In this document: in pieces, positions 49,033-60,045 of the stretch
Position numbering within the stretch: the first letter of the stretch is position 1
Layout of the letters: each line of letters opens with the position of its first letter
Assembly (NCBI RefSeq): GCF_000422585.1
Contig: NZ_KE383880.1
Span: 1-64,000 of the forward strand
Source of the DNA: Hugenholtzia roseola DSM 9546
Lineage (GTDB): Bacteria; Bacteroidota; Bacteroidia; Cytophagales; Bernardetiaceae
Direction: 5' to 3'
DNA: 64,000 bases
Notes under the pieces: model-generated
Seen by the model: only the letters and a program-made list of their open reading frames with translations
Told to the model about the DNA's origin: nothing
Database searches by the model: none
Position numbers and translations under genes: made by a program

Positions 49033-50106
49033 ATGATTTCAACTGCTCCTTCTCTTGAAATAGAGATTACCCCCACTGCGTCTTCGCGTCTGCCACACGT
49101 TAATTTTCAGGAATTAGGGTTCGGAAAAATCTTTTCCGACCACATGTTGGTAGCCGAATATAAACAAGGGGCATGGCAGAAACCACAAATCCTGCCTTAT
49201 GGAAATATTCCCATGAGTCCTGCTATGGCAACTTTGCACTATGCACAGGCAATATTTGAAGGTTTGAAATGTTTTTACAATAAAGAAGGCGAATTGGTTG
49301 TCTTTCGCCCCGAAGAAAACTACAACCGTCTGATACGCTCTTCCGAGCGCATGTGTATCCCCACACTGCCAAAGGAAATTTTTATGCAGGGCATGCACGA
49401 ACTTATCAAATTGGATAGAGATTGGGTGCCACAAGAGGCAGGCGGCTCTCTCTACATTCGTCCTTTTATCTTTGCCTCTGAAGCCTTTTTGGGAGTACGC
49501 CCTGCCGAGGAGTACAAGTTTATCATCATTACCTCGCCTGTAGGTGCGTATTATTCCGAACCCGTCAAAGTAAAAATTGAAGATTATTACACACGCGCCG
49601 CTTCTGGAGGCGTAGGCAATGCCAAAACGTCGGGCAATTATGCCGCTTCGCTCTACCCTGCACAGATGGCACGCAAAGATGGCTACCACCAACTTGTTTG
49701 GACAGATGCCAAAAAGCACGAATTTATAGAGGAGTCGGGAACGATGAACATTATGTTTGTCATAAACGACACCCTTATCACGCCTCCTGTGGGCGATTCT
49801 ATCTTAGATGGTATCACGCGCAAAAGTTTGCTTGTCTTGGCGCAAGATTTGGGTATCAAAGTAGAAGAACGCCCGATTTCGGTAGCAGAAATTATGACCG
49901 CCCTTGAAAACAACCAACTTCAAGAGGTCTTTGGCGTAGGAACGGCTGCCGTCATCTCTCAAATTGTATTGATGCACTACAACGGCAAAGATTACCACCT
50001 GCCTGCCCTTGAAACGCGCAAAATAAGTGCTGCACTTTTGGCGCAGTTGCAGGGTATCCGCACAGGCGAACTGCCCGATACGCACCATTGGCTTTACAAG
50101 ATTTAA
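49033..50106 (+). CDS. ilvE: branched-chain amino acid aminotransferase
   Basis: Class IV aminotransferase similarity throughout (for example EGLKCFYN, GGVGNAKTSGNY). Confidence 0.85.
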   Translation: MISTAPSLEIEITPTASSRLPHVNFQELGFGKIFSDHMLVAEYKQGAWQKPQILPYGNIPMSPAMATLHYAQAIFEGLKCFYNKEGELVVFRPEENYNRLIRSSERMCIPTLPKEIFMQGMHELIKLDRDWVPQEAGGSLYIRPFIFASEAFLGVRPAEEYKFIIITSPVGAYYSEPVKVKIEDYYTRAASGGVGNAKTSGNYAASLYPAQMARKDGYHQLVWTDAKKHEFIEESGTMNIMFVINDTLITPPVGDSILDGITRKSLLVLAQDLGIKVEERPISVAEIMTALENNQLQEVFGVGTAAVISQIVLMHYNGKDYHLPALETRKISAALLAQLQGIRTGELPDTHHWLYKI

Positions 50107-50264
50107 ACCCCATTTAAAAGCCTTTCAAACGCTTTTGCAAGGTTTTGAAAAATGAGGATAAAAACGATACAACCCAAGACTAACAGTTCGCTATGAACTG
50201 TTAGTTTTATTTTTTGTAAGTTTTTTTGAAAATAGTGGGAATAAAATTGCGAAAAAATAAAACG

Positions 50265-50864
50265 CTATCCCTGTTCTTCGTCTAAATCTGCCAAACACTG
50301 ACCCAATTCAGCTACCAAATCGCCGTAAATTTTTTTAATGTACCATTTGAAGAAAAAACCAAAAAGCACCACCAAAGGCGAAATAATGGCAATATAAATA
50401 AGCCAAAATTTGACTTCAAAGAGTAAATCTGCCTCTTTGACCACAAAAAGCAGGGGCAAAAAAAAGGAAAGCAGCACAAAGCCCATGCCACTATAAAAGT
50501 AAAGACGCAGATATTGCTTCATAGCCCTGATACTTTGGCTAAGGATACTACGCAGGTCTTTGTCGGGCAAAATTTTAAACTGACGAAGTTGATAGTATTT
50601 GATTACATAAAGTGCAATAAAAAAGAAAGTAATAAAAGAAATTAACTCTATTTCATAGGGAATTTGCTCGAAAAAGTGGCGTTTCCAAAAAATAAATCCC
50701 AAGAAAACGAAACTGGCAAAGGCTTCCAATATCAAATTGCGCTTAAACTTATCTAAAAGGCTGCTCGCCTTTCCACTAAGCATGCGACGGATTTCAGCCT
50801 CTGCTAAGGGCGGCGTAGAAGAAGTCTGATTTTGCCAAATCTCTTTGAAGTCGTCCAGATTCAT
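50265..50864 (-). CDS. membrane protein downstream of the ECF sigma gene (probable anti-sigma/partner)
   Basis: Four hydrophobic segments. 42-bp gap to the sigma factor on the same strand. Confidence 0.45.
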   Translation of the reverse strand: MNLDDFKEIWQNQTSSTPPLAEAEIRRMLSGKASSLLDKFKRNLILEAFASFVFLGFIFWKRHFFEQIPYEIELISFITFFFIALYVIKYYQLRQFKILPDKDLRSILSQSIRAMKQYLRLYFYSGMGFVLLSFFLPLLFVVKEADLLFEVKFWLIYIAIISPLVVLFGFFFKWYIKKIYGDLVAELGQCLADLDEEQG

Positions 50865-50906
50865 AAAAGGGAAAACGGGGTAAGAAGGGTGGATAAGGGT
50901 CGGCTT

Positions 50907-51398
50907 TTAATCTTGTTGTTGTTCAACACTTGTTTTAAGTTTTTTCTTGATACGGTTGATTTTTACCCCTACGTTTGTCTTGGAAATACCAATAATTTCG
51001 GCGATTTCATCATAGCTTTTGTCTTCTAAATACAACATAATAATCGCACGTTCTACCTTAGAGAGCAGTCGAATAGCGGCATAGAGTATTGCCAATCGCT
51101 CCTCGCGCTCTTTCTCGGAGGTGTCTTCAGCAATTTGTAGGGTCTGTTCGGAAAGTGGGGTATCCGAAATTTGTCGTTTGCTCTTGCGTAACCTTGCAAT
51201 GGCGGTATTAAGCGCAATGCGGTACATCCAAGTTGTGATTTTGGCTTCAGCACGAAAGGAGGGGAAAGAACGCCAAAGTTGGAGGGTTATCTCCTGAAAG
51301 AGGTCGCGGCGGTCTTCTTCTTCTTCACAATAAAGACGACAAATTTTGTGAATAATACCCTGATTATTTTGGATAAGTTCGATAAACTTCTGTTCCAA
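50907..51398 (-). CDS. RNA polymerase ECF-type sigma-70 factor
   Basis: Region 2 (DLFQEITLQLWRS) and region 4 HTH (YDEIAEIIGISKTNVGVKINR). Confidence 0.8.
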   Translation of the reverse strand: MEQKFIELIQNNQGIIHKICRLYCEEEEDRRDLFQEITLQLWRSFPSFRAEAKITTWMYRIALNTAIARLRKSKRQISDTPLSEQTLQIAEDTSEKEREERLAILYAAIRLLSKVERAIIMLYLEDKSYDEIAEIIGISKTNVGVKINRIKKKLKTSVEQQQD

Positions 51399-51558
51399 GG
51401 GCGTATCAAGTAGAGAGGCTTTGAAAAGATAAGTAGGGCAAAGATGCTAAAAATTACAAGCAAGACAAAAAAGCCTGCCTTAAAAAAGAAAAAACTTAGC
51501 AAGACGAAAAGGCTTACTAAGTTTTCAGTTTTCAGAGAAGTGTGAATATCCAAAAAGA

Positions 51559-51864
51559 CTACACGCGGATTTCTACGTCTACGCCGCTTGGCAATTCAAG
51601 TTTCATCAAAGCATCTACCGTCTTGGGGCTATTCGAGTGAATATCGATAAGACGCTTGTAGGTAGCTAATTGAAACTGCTCACGCGATTTTTTATTCACG
51701 TGTGGTGAGCGAAGGACAGTATAGTATTCCTTTTTTGTAGGAAGTGGAATAGGACCACTGATAACTGCGCCCGCTGCTTTTACCGCCTTTACGATTTTTT
51801 CGGCAGACTTATCGACCAAATTGTGGTCGTAAGATTTCAATTTGATGCGGATTTTTTGATTCAT
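51559..51864 (-). CDS. rpsJ: 30S ribosomal protein S10
   Basis: Canonical S10 sequence. True start at [10 protein letters not shown] (the track ORF over-extends). Confidence 0.9.
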   Translation of the reverse strand: MNQKIRIKLKSYDHNLVDKSAEKIVKAVKAAGAVISGPIPLPTKKEYYTVLRSPHVNKKSREQFQLATYKRLIDIHSNSPKTVDALMKLELPSGVDVEIRV

Positions 51865-52021
51865 AATGTATCGGAAAATGGCAAAATCGCTTCTGCCCAA
51901 ATGAGAGGACTACTTTGTAAGAAAGAGATTAGACAAAGAGAAGTTGAGAAACGGGGTTTCCCAACTTTTCTTTTATTTTTGACTTTGAAAGCCTATTCTT
52001 TCGAGTGGGCTTCAAATAGAC

Positions 52022-54169
52022 TTAGGCAGTCGCGCCTTTCATAGCCTTGACAACATCATTGGCGATATTAGAAGGCACTTCTGAATAGTGCGAGAAAGTA
52101 AGCGTAGCTGCACCGCGTCCAGAGGTGATAGTACGCAAAGAAGTTACATAACCAAAGAGTTCAGAAAGTGGCACGTCTGCTTTGATAACGACCCCTGTTC
52201 CTTTGATTTGCTGTCCTTTTGGCATACCACGACGGCGGTTCAAGTCGCCGATAACAGCACCTGTAAATTCGTCAGGGCAAACTACCTCTACGTCCATGAT
52301 AGGTTCGAGGAGTTTCGGATTTGCCTTTCTACCTGCTTCTTTGAAGCCATTGCGAGCTGCTAATTCAAAAGAAAGCGCGTCAGAGTCAACAGAGTGGAAA
52401 GAACCAAAGAATAAGCGAATACGCGTACCCAAGACAGGGAAGCCCGCCAAAACGCCTTGTTTGAGAGCCTCTTCAAAGCCTTTCTTGATGGCAGGGATAA
52501 ATTCTTTTGGAATAACACCACCTTTGATTTCATCAACGAACTCTAAGTAGCCTTCGCGTGCGTTGGCAGTATCCGAAACGGGGCTTAATTCAAACTGAAT
52601 GTCAGCAAATTTACCTTTACCACCTGTTTGCTTCTTGTAAGTTTCACGGTGTTCTACCGAACCAGTGAAGGCTTCTTTGTAAGCAACCTGCGGTGCGCCT
52701 TGGTTGATTTCTACCTTAAATTCGCGCTTCAAACGGTCGATGATAATCTCCAAGTGAAGTTCGCCCATACCGCGCAAGATGGTTTGTCCTGTTTCTTGGT
52801 CAGTATTGACGCGAAGGGTAGGGTCTTCTTCTACCAATTTAGCAATCGCCATGCCGAGTTTGTCTTGGTCGGCTTGCTTCTTAGGCTCGATGGCGTAGCC
52901 GATAACAGGCTCAGGGAACACCATTTCTTCTAAGATAAGCGGATTGTTTTCCAAAGTAAGGGTATCACCTGTCTTGATGTCTTTAAAACCAACACCTGCA
53001 CAGATGTCGCCTGCTTCTACTCTTTCGATAGGATTTTGGCGATTGGCGTGCATTTGCATAAGGCGCGAGATACGCTCCTTTTTGCCTGTACGGTTATTGA
53101 GGATATAAGAACCACCATCAAGCGCACCCGAATAAACGCGAATAAAGCAAAGACGACCTACATAAGGGTCTGTTGCAATCTTGAACGCCAAAGCGGTGAA
53201 AGGGTCTTCTACCGTAGGGCGGCGCGTTTCCTCTGCACCTGAATCAGGGTTTGTACCCTTTACAGGAGGAAGGTCTAATGGAGAAGGTAAGAAAGAGCAA
53301 ACGCCATCTAATACCGCCTGTACGCCTTTGTTTTTGAAGGCACTTCCGCAGAAGATGGGGAAAATTTGCATCTCTACCGTAGCCTTGCGGACGGCAGCAC
53401 GCACTTCTTCGGGCGTGATAGAAGCAGGGTCATCAGCAAACTTCATAAAGAGTTCTTCGTCTGTAACGGCGATTTCCTCTAAAAGATTGTTGCGATACTG
53501 TTCGGCTTCTTCTTTCAAATCAGCAGGGATTTCGATGTAATCGAACTTCATACCTTGTGAGGCTTCGTCCCAAATTACGCCCTTCATTTCGATAAGGTCG
53601 ATAACGCCTTTGAAGCCTTCTTCTGCACCAATAGGAATTTGAAGCGGCACACCGTTAGCTCCTAATTTCTCTTTGATGTCTTTGACCACGTAATAAAAAT
53701 CCGCACCTGCTCTGTCCATCTTGTTGATGAAGCAAAGACGTGGCACTTTGTACTTATCGGCTTGTCTCCAAACTGTTTCCGACTGCGGCTCTACCCCAGA
53801 AACGGCACAAAACAAAGCGACAGCTCCGTCGAGTACGCGCAAAGAACGCTCTACCTCTACGGTAAAGTCTACGTGTCCGGGGGTGTCAATCAAATTGATT
53901 TGATAAGAGTTGGTTTGTCCTTCGATGGCTTCACCTTGGGTGTCGGTAGGATAATTCCAGTTGGTAGTAGTAGCAGCAGAGGTAATGGTAATGCCTCGCT
54001 CCTGCTCTTGCTCCATCCAGTCCATAGTAGCGGCACCATCGTGTACTTCACCAATTTTGTGAGTCAGACCAGTGTAGTAGAGAATGCGCTCACTCGTTGT
54101 GGTTTTTCCCGCATCGATGTGCGCCATGATGCCGATGTTCCTGCGGTATTTAAGGTCTTTCTTTGACAT
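52022..54169 (-). CDS. fusA: elongation factor G
   Basis: GTPase motifs [21 protein letters not shown]. Start at MSKKDLKY. Confidence 0.95.
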   Translation of the reverse strand: MSKKDLKYRRNIGIMAHIDAGKTTTSERILYYTGLTHKIGEVHDGAATMDWMEQEQERGITITSAATTTNWNYPTDTQGEAIEGQTNSYQINLIDTPGHVDFTVEVERSLRVLDGAVALFCAVSGVEPQSETVWRQADKYKVPRLCFINKMDRAGADFYYVVKDIKEKLGANGVPLQIPIGAEEGFKGVIDLIEMKGVIWDEASQGMKFDYIEIPADLKEEAEQYRNNLLEEIAVTDEELFMKFADDPASITPEEVRAAVRKATVEMQIFPIFCGSAFKNKGVQAVLDGVCSFLPSPLDLPPVKGTNPDSGAEETRRPTVEDPFTALAFKIATDPYVGRLCFIRVYSGALDGGSYILNNRTGKKERISRLMQMHANRQNPIERVEAGDICAGVGFKDIKTGDTLTLENNPLILEEMVFPEPVIGYAIEPKKQADQDKLGMAIAKLVEEDPTLRVNTDQETGQTILRGMGELHLEIIIDRLKREFKVEINQGAPQVAYKEAFTGSVEHRETYKKQTGGKGKFADIQFELSPVSDTANAREGYLEFVDEIKGGVIPKEFIPAIKKGFEEALKQGVLAGFPVLGTRIRLFFGSFHSVDSDALSFELAARNGFKEAGRKANPKLLEPIMDVEVVCPDEFTGAVIGDLNRRRGMPKGQQIKGTGVVIKADVPLSELFGYVTSLRTITSGRGAATLTFSHYSEVPSNIANDVVKAMKGATA

Positions 54170-54304
54170 TGTTGTAGAGAAGATAAATAAAATGAAAGAG
54201 CTAAGGGGGAAGCCCATAGCGATTTGGATAGCCAAACGGCTTTCCTATCAACCGCTATTTGCTTCCATAAATTCCCTTGGTAGGTTTCGTTGAGAAAAAG
54301 AATA

Positions 54305-54787
54305 TTAGAAGCGGAAATGCGAGAAGGCTTTGTTTGCCTCTGCCATACGGTGCGTATCGTCTTTTTTCTTCACCGCCGCGCCTTCACCTTTTGAAGCGGC
54401 AATGATTTCATTTGCCAACTTATCCATCATAGTACGCTCGTTACGACGGCGTGCATACAAGATAAGCCATTTCATAGCCAAAGACTGCTTGCGTTCGGGA
54501 CGCACTTCGGTAGGCACTTGGAAGTTAGCTCCCCCTACGCGACGGCTCTTTACCTCTACGGCAGGCGTAACGTTTGCTAAGGCTTTTTTGAAGATTTCCA
54601 AACCGCTGATGGTAGGGTCGTCTTTGCGAAGTTTTTCCTCGGCACGCTCTAAGGCACTATAAAAAATAGAGTAGGCAATACTCTTTTTGCCTGATTCCAT
54701 CAAATTGTTGACGAATTTGGTAACGACCATGTCGCCAAATTTTGGGTCGGGAAGGATTTCCCTCTTTTTTGGTTTTCTCTTTCTCAT
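54305..54787 (-). CDS. rpsG: 30S ribosomal protein S7
   Basis: Canonical S7 sequence. Confidence 0.9.
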   Translation of the reverse strand: MRKRKPKKREILPDPKFGDMVVTKFVNNLMESGKKSIAYSIFYSALERAEEKLRKDDPTISGLEIFKKALANVTPAVEVKSRRVGGANFQVPTEVRPERKQSLAMKWLILYARRRNERTMMDKLANEIIAASKGEGAAVKKKDDTHRMAEANKAFSHFRF

Positions 54788-54981
54788 TATTGATAGAGCT
54801 TAAAAGAATTCAATTGAAATGAAGATTTTAAGTTCGGCTGCTGACTGCATAGCCTTAGCCTGTCTATAAACCTGTTTGGGAACAAGTAAATTTGCATCTG
54901 TTTGAAACCCAAACGATTTAACAGGCAAAATTGTGGTCAAGATAAGCGATAAGACAAAAGGCGCGATATAGCGGCTTAGGC

Positions 54982-55410
54982 TTACTTCTTCTTACCTTTT
55001 GCGGGTGCGCCTTTGCCTTTTGCGGCAGGTGCTGCGCCCGGCTTAGGACGTTTTGTACCGTATTTAGAGCGTGATTGCTTACGACCTTCTACACCAGAAG
55101 TATCCAAAGCACCGCGCACGATGTGATAGCGCACACCGGGAAGGTCTTTCACACGACCGCCACGAATCAAGACGATAGAGTGTTCCTGCAAATTGTGTCC
55201 TTCGCCGGGGATATAGGCGATAACTTCGGTTTGATTGGTAAGGCGCACTTTGGCAACTTTACGCATCGCCGAATTTGGCTTCTTAGGCGTAGTGGTATAA
55301 ACCTTCGTGCAAACGCCGCGTCTTTGCGGGCAGCTATCCAAAGCAGGCGATTTTGATTTCTTGATAATCTCGACGCGCCCTTTACGAACTAACTGTTGAA
55401 TAGTAGGCAT
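54982..55410 (-). CDS. rpsL: 30S ribosomal protein S12 (with a Lys/Ala/Gly-rich C-terminal extension)
   Basis: Canonical S12 core ([13 protein letters not shown]...) followed by the tail ...[20 protein letters not shown]. Confidence 0.9.
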   Translation of the reverse strand: MPTIQQLVRKGRVEIIKKSKSPALDSCPQRRGVCTKVYTTTPKKPNSAMRKVAKVRLTNQTEVIAYIPGEGHNLQEHSIVLIRGGRVKDLPGVRYHIVRGALDTSGVEGRKQSRSKYGTKRPKPGAAPAAKGKGAPAKGKKK

Positions 55411-55780
55411 TGAACAAACAATTTTGAGCTAATAAAACGCTTTTAGAAAGCGAAGAAAAGGTAGTCAGCAACGGTATTTCTAATGAGAAAGATGCAAAGA
55501 AAGTGCGTAGGAAGGCGGCTTATTCTCTTTAAAAAGCAAAGCGAGGACGAGCTTTCAGAGATTTTGAGCGGCGTTTTTCAAAATGACACCACGCTTTCAT
55601 ACCTGATTTTGAGCCAGATACGGGATAGAATCCATAAGTCCACACTGCCCCTTACACGATTTTTCTATCTTACCCAATTTTTTAGAGTTGCAAAGTTAGA
55701 GAAACAAGCGCAGTTTCCAAAATTTTTTCTGCTTTTTTTTTCAAAATGGCTACCGCCTTTCGGATTTTAAGGCTTGAAAA

Positions 55781-56356
55781 TTAGGGAGTTGATAAAAGGT
55801 GGTCTATTGCGCCCCAAAGTGGTAGGTAAAGCGGCTCTATAAAAAGTTGGGACTTAAAAAAAGGTTGCTCTTTTTGATAAGTATGAAGGCGTTTTTTGTT
55901 TTTCTGATATGAATAAGCTACATTAGCAAGTCTATCGCAGAGTTTGACAAAGGTTGCGCCTTCTGTTTGGCGAATCCCTGCATAATAGCCAACGCCAGCA
56001 CGCTCGGAGCGCGTTCTGCCCTTTTCTTGCGTCAGGGCGTAGGTAATTTGAGCCACTTGCTCGCCACATTGCGCCGCAATATCGCCATAAGTCTGCCTAC
56101 AATCTTCTATCAAGTCGTGCGTCCAGGCAGCACATAAGACGCTACCTTGCAACTGCCTTTCCACCATATCAAGGCACTGAAAGGCATACTCAAAGACCAT
56201 CAAGAGGTGAAATTCATACGGCTCTTCGCCATAGAAATGTTGCGTCTGACGGTGAGAAAGAACGGCATATCGAGCGGCAGCCAAGACCTGCTCACGCTCT
56301 AAGGCAGTAGCCTGCCAATTTTCTATGTGTCTTTCTAAGATAGAAAACGTTTGCAT
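55781..56356 (-). CDS. HD-domain hydrolase-like protein
   Basis: H...HD motif (AWTHDLIED). Confidence 0.5.
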   Translation of the reverse strand: MQTFSILERHIENWQATALEREQVLAAARYAVLSHRQTQHFYGEEPYEFHLLMVFEYAFQCLDMVERQLQGSVLCAAWTHDLIEDCRQTYGDIAAQCGEQVAQITYALTQEKGRTRSERAGVGYYAGIRQTEGATFVKLCDRLANVAYSYQKNKKRLHTYQKEQPFFKSQLFIEPLYLPLWGAIDHLLSTP

Positions 56357-56482
56357 CAAAGTTAAAATTTAAACACTACATTTGGATACTAAATTTAAAA
56401 ACGAACTTCTCTCCCTGCTCGGCTTCAAACAAAAAGACGCGCCTCTGGTTTTTAAATTGCCCTTCTTTGCCCTTTTTCCCTT

Positions 56483-57604
56483 TTGCGAATGACTCATTTT
56501 TCATACCTCCAAAAAATCGGCACTGCCGCCGCCCCCTTTGCCGTTTCACAAAATAAGATTTGCGAATTTATGGTGCATTATTTAGCTCAAAATGAAGCCG
56601 AAAAGCGCAAAATTCGCCTCTTTTATACAGCCACACGCATCGAAAAACGTCATTCGGTTGTTCCCGATTTTGGTTTTTTTGGAGAAGATACGGCTTCTGA
56701 TTTAGAACTTTTCAAAGAAATTACACAAAATTCTGCACACTCCAGAAGCGAACCCTCTACCGCTTTACGCCTACAAATTTACAAAGAAAAAGCACACGAT
56801 TTGGCACAAGAGGCGATAAAAGATGCCGTAGGTAAAGATTTTGATTTTCAGACCATTACGCACCTTATTACCGTTTCCTGCACAGGCTTTTATGCCCCAA
56901 GTTGGGATATAGAGTTGGTAGAAAGCCTCGCTTTGAAGCCCGAAGTGGAGCGCACGCATATCGGTTTTATGGGTTGTTATGCTGCCTTCAATGCCCTTAA
57001 AATTGCAGATTATATCGTCAGGGCAAACCCTATGGCGCAGGTCTTGGTCGTCAATCTCGAACTTTGCACCCTGCACCTACAAAGAAGCCTTGATGACGAA
57101 CAACTTTTGGCGGGTGCAATTTTTGCAGATGGCGCAAGTGCCATGCTCATTGGCGCAAAGCCACTACCTAATAGTCTGAAAATCAAGCAATTTTATAGCG
57201 AATTTATACCCGCAGGCAAAACTGAAATGGGTTGGCATATCGGCGATACAGGCTTCGAAATGCAACTTAGTTCGCAGGTTGCGCCGCTTATTGCAGAAAA
57301 TATCACTACAATTTTAGAAAAATCGCCTTTTGCCCAAACCGCTTTTGATGAATATGCTATCCACCCAGGCGGCAAAAAAATTTTAGCAGTGGTAGAAAAA
57401 GGGCTACACATTTCGAACCAACAAAACCGTTTTGCACATCAAATTTGGCAGCAATACGGCAATATGTCTTCGGCTACGATTGTCTTTGTGTGGAAAATGT
57501 TTTTAGAAAATTATCAAAATCATACCGAAAATATAAACCTACTTAGTATGGGTTTCGGACCGGGACTAACCGTAGAGATGGCAGCAATGGAGCGCATTGT
57601 CTAA
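56483..57604 (+). CDS. type III polyketide synthase (chalcone/stilbene synthase family)
   Basis: Active-site Cys context FMGCYAAFNAL and a C-terminal GFGPGLTVE. 373 aa. Confidence 0.7.
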   Translation: MRMTHFSYLQKIGTAAAPFAVSQNKICEFMVHYLAQNEAEKRKIRLFYTATRIEKRHSVVPDFGFFGEDTASDLELFKEITQNSAHSRSEPSTALRLQIYKEKAHDLAQEAIKDAVGKDFDFQTITHLITVSCTGFYAPSWDIELVESLALKPEVERTHIGFMGCYAAFNALKIADYIVRANPMAQVLVVNLELCTLHLQRSLDDEQLLAGAIFADGASAMLIGAKPLPNSLKIKQFYSEFIPAGKTEMGWHIGDTGFEMQLSSQVAPLIAENITTILEKSPFAQTAFDEYAIHPGGKKILAVVEKGLHISNQQNRFAHQIWQQYGNMSSATIVFVWKMFLENYQNHTENINLLSMGFGPGLTVEMAAMERIV

Positions 57605-57827
57605 CTTTGAAATAATTTTCATAGTTATTTCTAATCATTTTTTCTAAAAAATATTTTAATCACTGCACAGAAAAGGCTACACTATCCATCAGTTTTTTTA
57701 CGCATTAGAAGGCAAAAACCCCTTCCGAAAACAATTCGCAAGGGGTCTTTGAAAGGCTTTTTTAAAAAGAGTTTTCAAGAGTCTTTTTGAGTCGGAAAAA
57801 GAACAAGTTTGAAACGGCTAAACTTAA

Positions 57828-58712
57828 TTAGAACAATCCTGTTTTAGTTAGGATAGCCAAGTATTTGTCTTGCCAAAAAGAGTTTGAGTTCGTTACGTTG
57901 AGATAAACCACGCCGCCCTCTTCGGTAATGGTGTAAGAGCCGCTCGGACGGGCAGGCACTAATTTTACGTTCTTCGCCTTTACCTCGCTGCTGCTGCCTA
58001 CTCTGATTTGGCTCACGTTGCGCTTATCGATAGAAGTGAAGTAACTTGCGCTTCGCGCGTCGGGCTTGAAGCCTTTTTTATCATTTACGATAATGTTTTG
58101 TTTCTTCAATTCTTTTTCTGTGCCGACAATATAAAATACGGTATTCAATTCGGTGCGGGTGTCATCTAAAACTACGCTGGTAGAATCGAGGGCGTATTCA
58201 GTAGCGGCAACTTTGGTTTTCAAACCTTCTACTTCCTGCTCCAATTCTGCTACACGACCGCGCAAGAGCGTAATTTCGGCTTCTTTGTCTTCTACGGTCT
58301 TTTTGAGCATCTCAATTTGCTTGGCTAAAAGTGCATTTTGAGAATTAGACTCCTTGTATTTTTTTTCTAATTCGCGAATCATAGCTTTGTTTTCACGCAT
58401 CTGACGCTCGATTTCTTCTAAGTTTTGGTCTATGCCCAAACCTGCTGCATCTGCCGAAACGCGCTTTCCGCGAATGTCTGCCGTAATTTGGCGGATTTTT
58501 TCCTCTGCCTTACGCATAGAGTCCAATTTATTATAGACCATGTCCATCTCTTGGGTCAGACCGCTGATATAAACACTGTCTTTTTCTTTGGCACGCTTAA
58601 ACTCTTCAAGTTCGAGGCGTAATTTTTTCTCTTCTTCGCTCATGCCACCTGTGCAGCTATAAAAAGCGAGCATTAGGCAAGAGAGTATAGTCAAATAAAG
58701 TAATTTCTTCAT
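57828..58712 (-). CDS. coiled-coil lipoprotein, hypothetical
   Basis: Lipobox LTILSCLMLAFYSC, then a long heptad-rich segment. Track ORF to 58781. Confidence 0.5.
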   Translation of the reverse strand: MKKLLYLTILSCLMLAFYSCTGGMSEEEKKLRLELEEFKRAKEKDSVYISGLTQEMDMVYNKLDSMRKAEEKIRQITADIRGKRVSADAAGLGIDQNLEEIERQMRENKAMIRELEKKYKESNSQNALLAKQIEMLKKTVEDKEAEITLLRGRVAELEQEVEGLKTKVAATEYALDSTSVVLDDTRTELNTVFYIVGTEKELKKQNIIVNDKKGFKPDARSASYFTSIDKRNVSQIRVGSSSEVKAKNVKLVPARPSGSYTITEEGGVVYLNVTNSNSFWQDKYLAILTKTGLF

Positions 58713-58978
58713 AAAACGATTGTGAAAAGGGTTAGGGTTCAAGATGCTAAAAAAAGCAAAATCGCGCACAAAGTTAAACACTTTTTAAAGATGCAAGCTA
58801 TTTTCGCCCTACAAAATGCAAAGAAAATGCGGCGAGCAGCAACTTAGGTCTTTCTTCGCGCAATTTGACTTGTTAAAAGTACATTTTTTCGCGCTCTTAC
58901 ACAAGTTTTGGTAAAATTTATCGAACTATGGCAACTTTTTGAATAATTTTCAGTGCCAAAGGAAGCCCAATTTTACAC

Positions 58979-59407
58979 TTAACAAGAAATTTTGGCGACT
59001 CTATTTTGGTGTCTGCCCCCTGCAAAAGGCGTTTCGAGAAACGCCACTACCATAGCCGCTGCGGTTTCAAAATCGACAAAACGGGCAGGAATACAAAGCA
59101 CGTTGGCATCATTATGCTCACGCGCCAAAGTTGCCAATTCTACATTCCAACACAAAGCCGCACGAATTTGAGCATATTTATTGGCAGTAATGGCTACCCC
59201 ATTGCCGCTACCACAGATAAGGATTCCGAAAGTCGCATTTCCTTCTACTACGGCTTTCGCTGTCGGGTGTGCAAAGTCGGGATAATCCACTGAATCTGCG
59301 CCGTCAGTGCCAAAATTGAGGACTTCGATGCCTTTTTCTGCCAAAAGAGCCGCGATTTTTGTTTTATAGTCTGTGCCTGCGTGGTCGTTTCCGATTGCTA
59401 ATTTCAT
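58979..59407 (-). CDS. rpiB: ribose-5-phosphate isomerase B
   Basis: RpiB/LacAB family: GNDHAG, the active-site Cys in ICGSGNG, 142 aa. Confidence 0.85.
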   Translation of the reverse strand: MKLAIGNDHAGTDYKTKIAALLAEKGIEVLNFGTDGADSVDYPDFAHPTAKAVVEGNATFGILICGSGNGVAITANKYAQIRAALCWNVELATLAREHNDANVLCIPARFVDFETAAAMVVAFLETPFAGGRHQNRVAKISC

Positions 59408-59471
59408 GGAAAAAGGAATTTGAGATGAGAAAATGTAGGCACAAAGTTAGGGAAAGTAGGCTACATGTGGC

Positions 59472-59981
59472 TCAAAAATCTATGCGCATGCCATGATAAT
59501 TTTCGGCATTTCGGTAGTCTTTTCGCAAAGGAAAACCCTCCCAATCTTCGGGCATCAGGATACGGCGCAAATCGGGGTGCGCCTCGAAGCGGATTCCAAA
59601 AAGGTCGTATATTTCGCGCTCCTGCCAATCGGCAGTCTTGAAAAAAGCCGCCACAGAGGGCAAGGCAAAGGCTGCTTCGCCTTCTTTTTTGGGAATTTGC
59701 ACCAAAATAGAAAAATCATACGCATACACAACCGAACGCCATTGATAGACAAGCTCGAAATGCGAAACGACATCTACGCCAATTTGTGCCACCAAAAAAT
59801 CTACATAAAAGGCTTCCTCTTGACGTAAGATTTTTGCCACTTCTGCTATTTTTTGAGGAAAAAGCAGGTGCAGATGGGGCGTTTTTTGCTCAAAATAAGA
59901 CGAAGACTGCGGGGCATTTTGTTGTAATTTGGCTTCTAAGGCTTCTGCAAGTGAGGCAAGTGAATGGAAAGGCGTTTGCAT
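59472..59981 (-). CDS. NADH-quinone oxidoreductase subunit C-like (30-kDa subunit family), stand-alone
   Basis: C-terminal [36 protein letters not shown] is the NuoC/Nqo5 signature. No other nuo genes are adjacent. Confidence 0.65.
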   Translation of the reverse strand: MQTPFHSLASLAEALEAKLQQNAPQSSSYFEQKTPHLHLLFPQKIAEVAKILRQEEAFYVDFLVAQIGVDVVSHFELVYQWRSVVYAYDFSILVQIPKKEGEAAFALPSVAAFFKTADWQEREIYDLFGIRFEAHPDLRRILMPEDWEGFPLRKDYRNAENYHGMRIDF

Positions 59982-60045
59982 TTTTTATGATAATTTTATT
60001 ATTTTAAACTTTTATTGATGATTTTTTATTTGTGATTTTTGTTGA

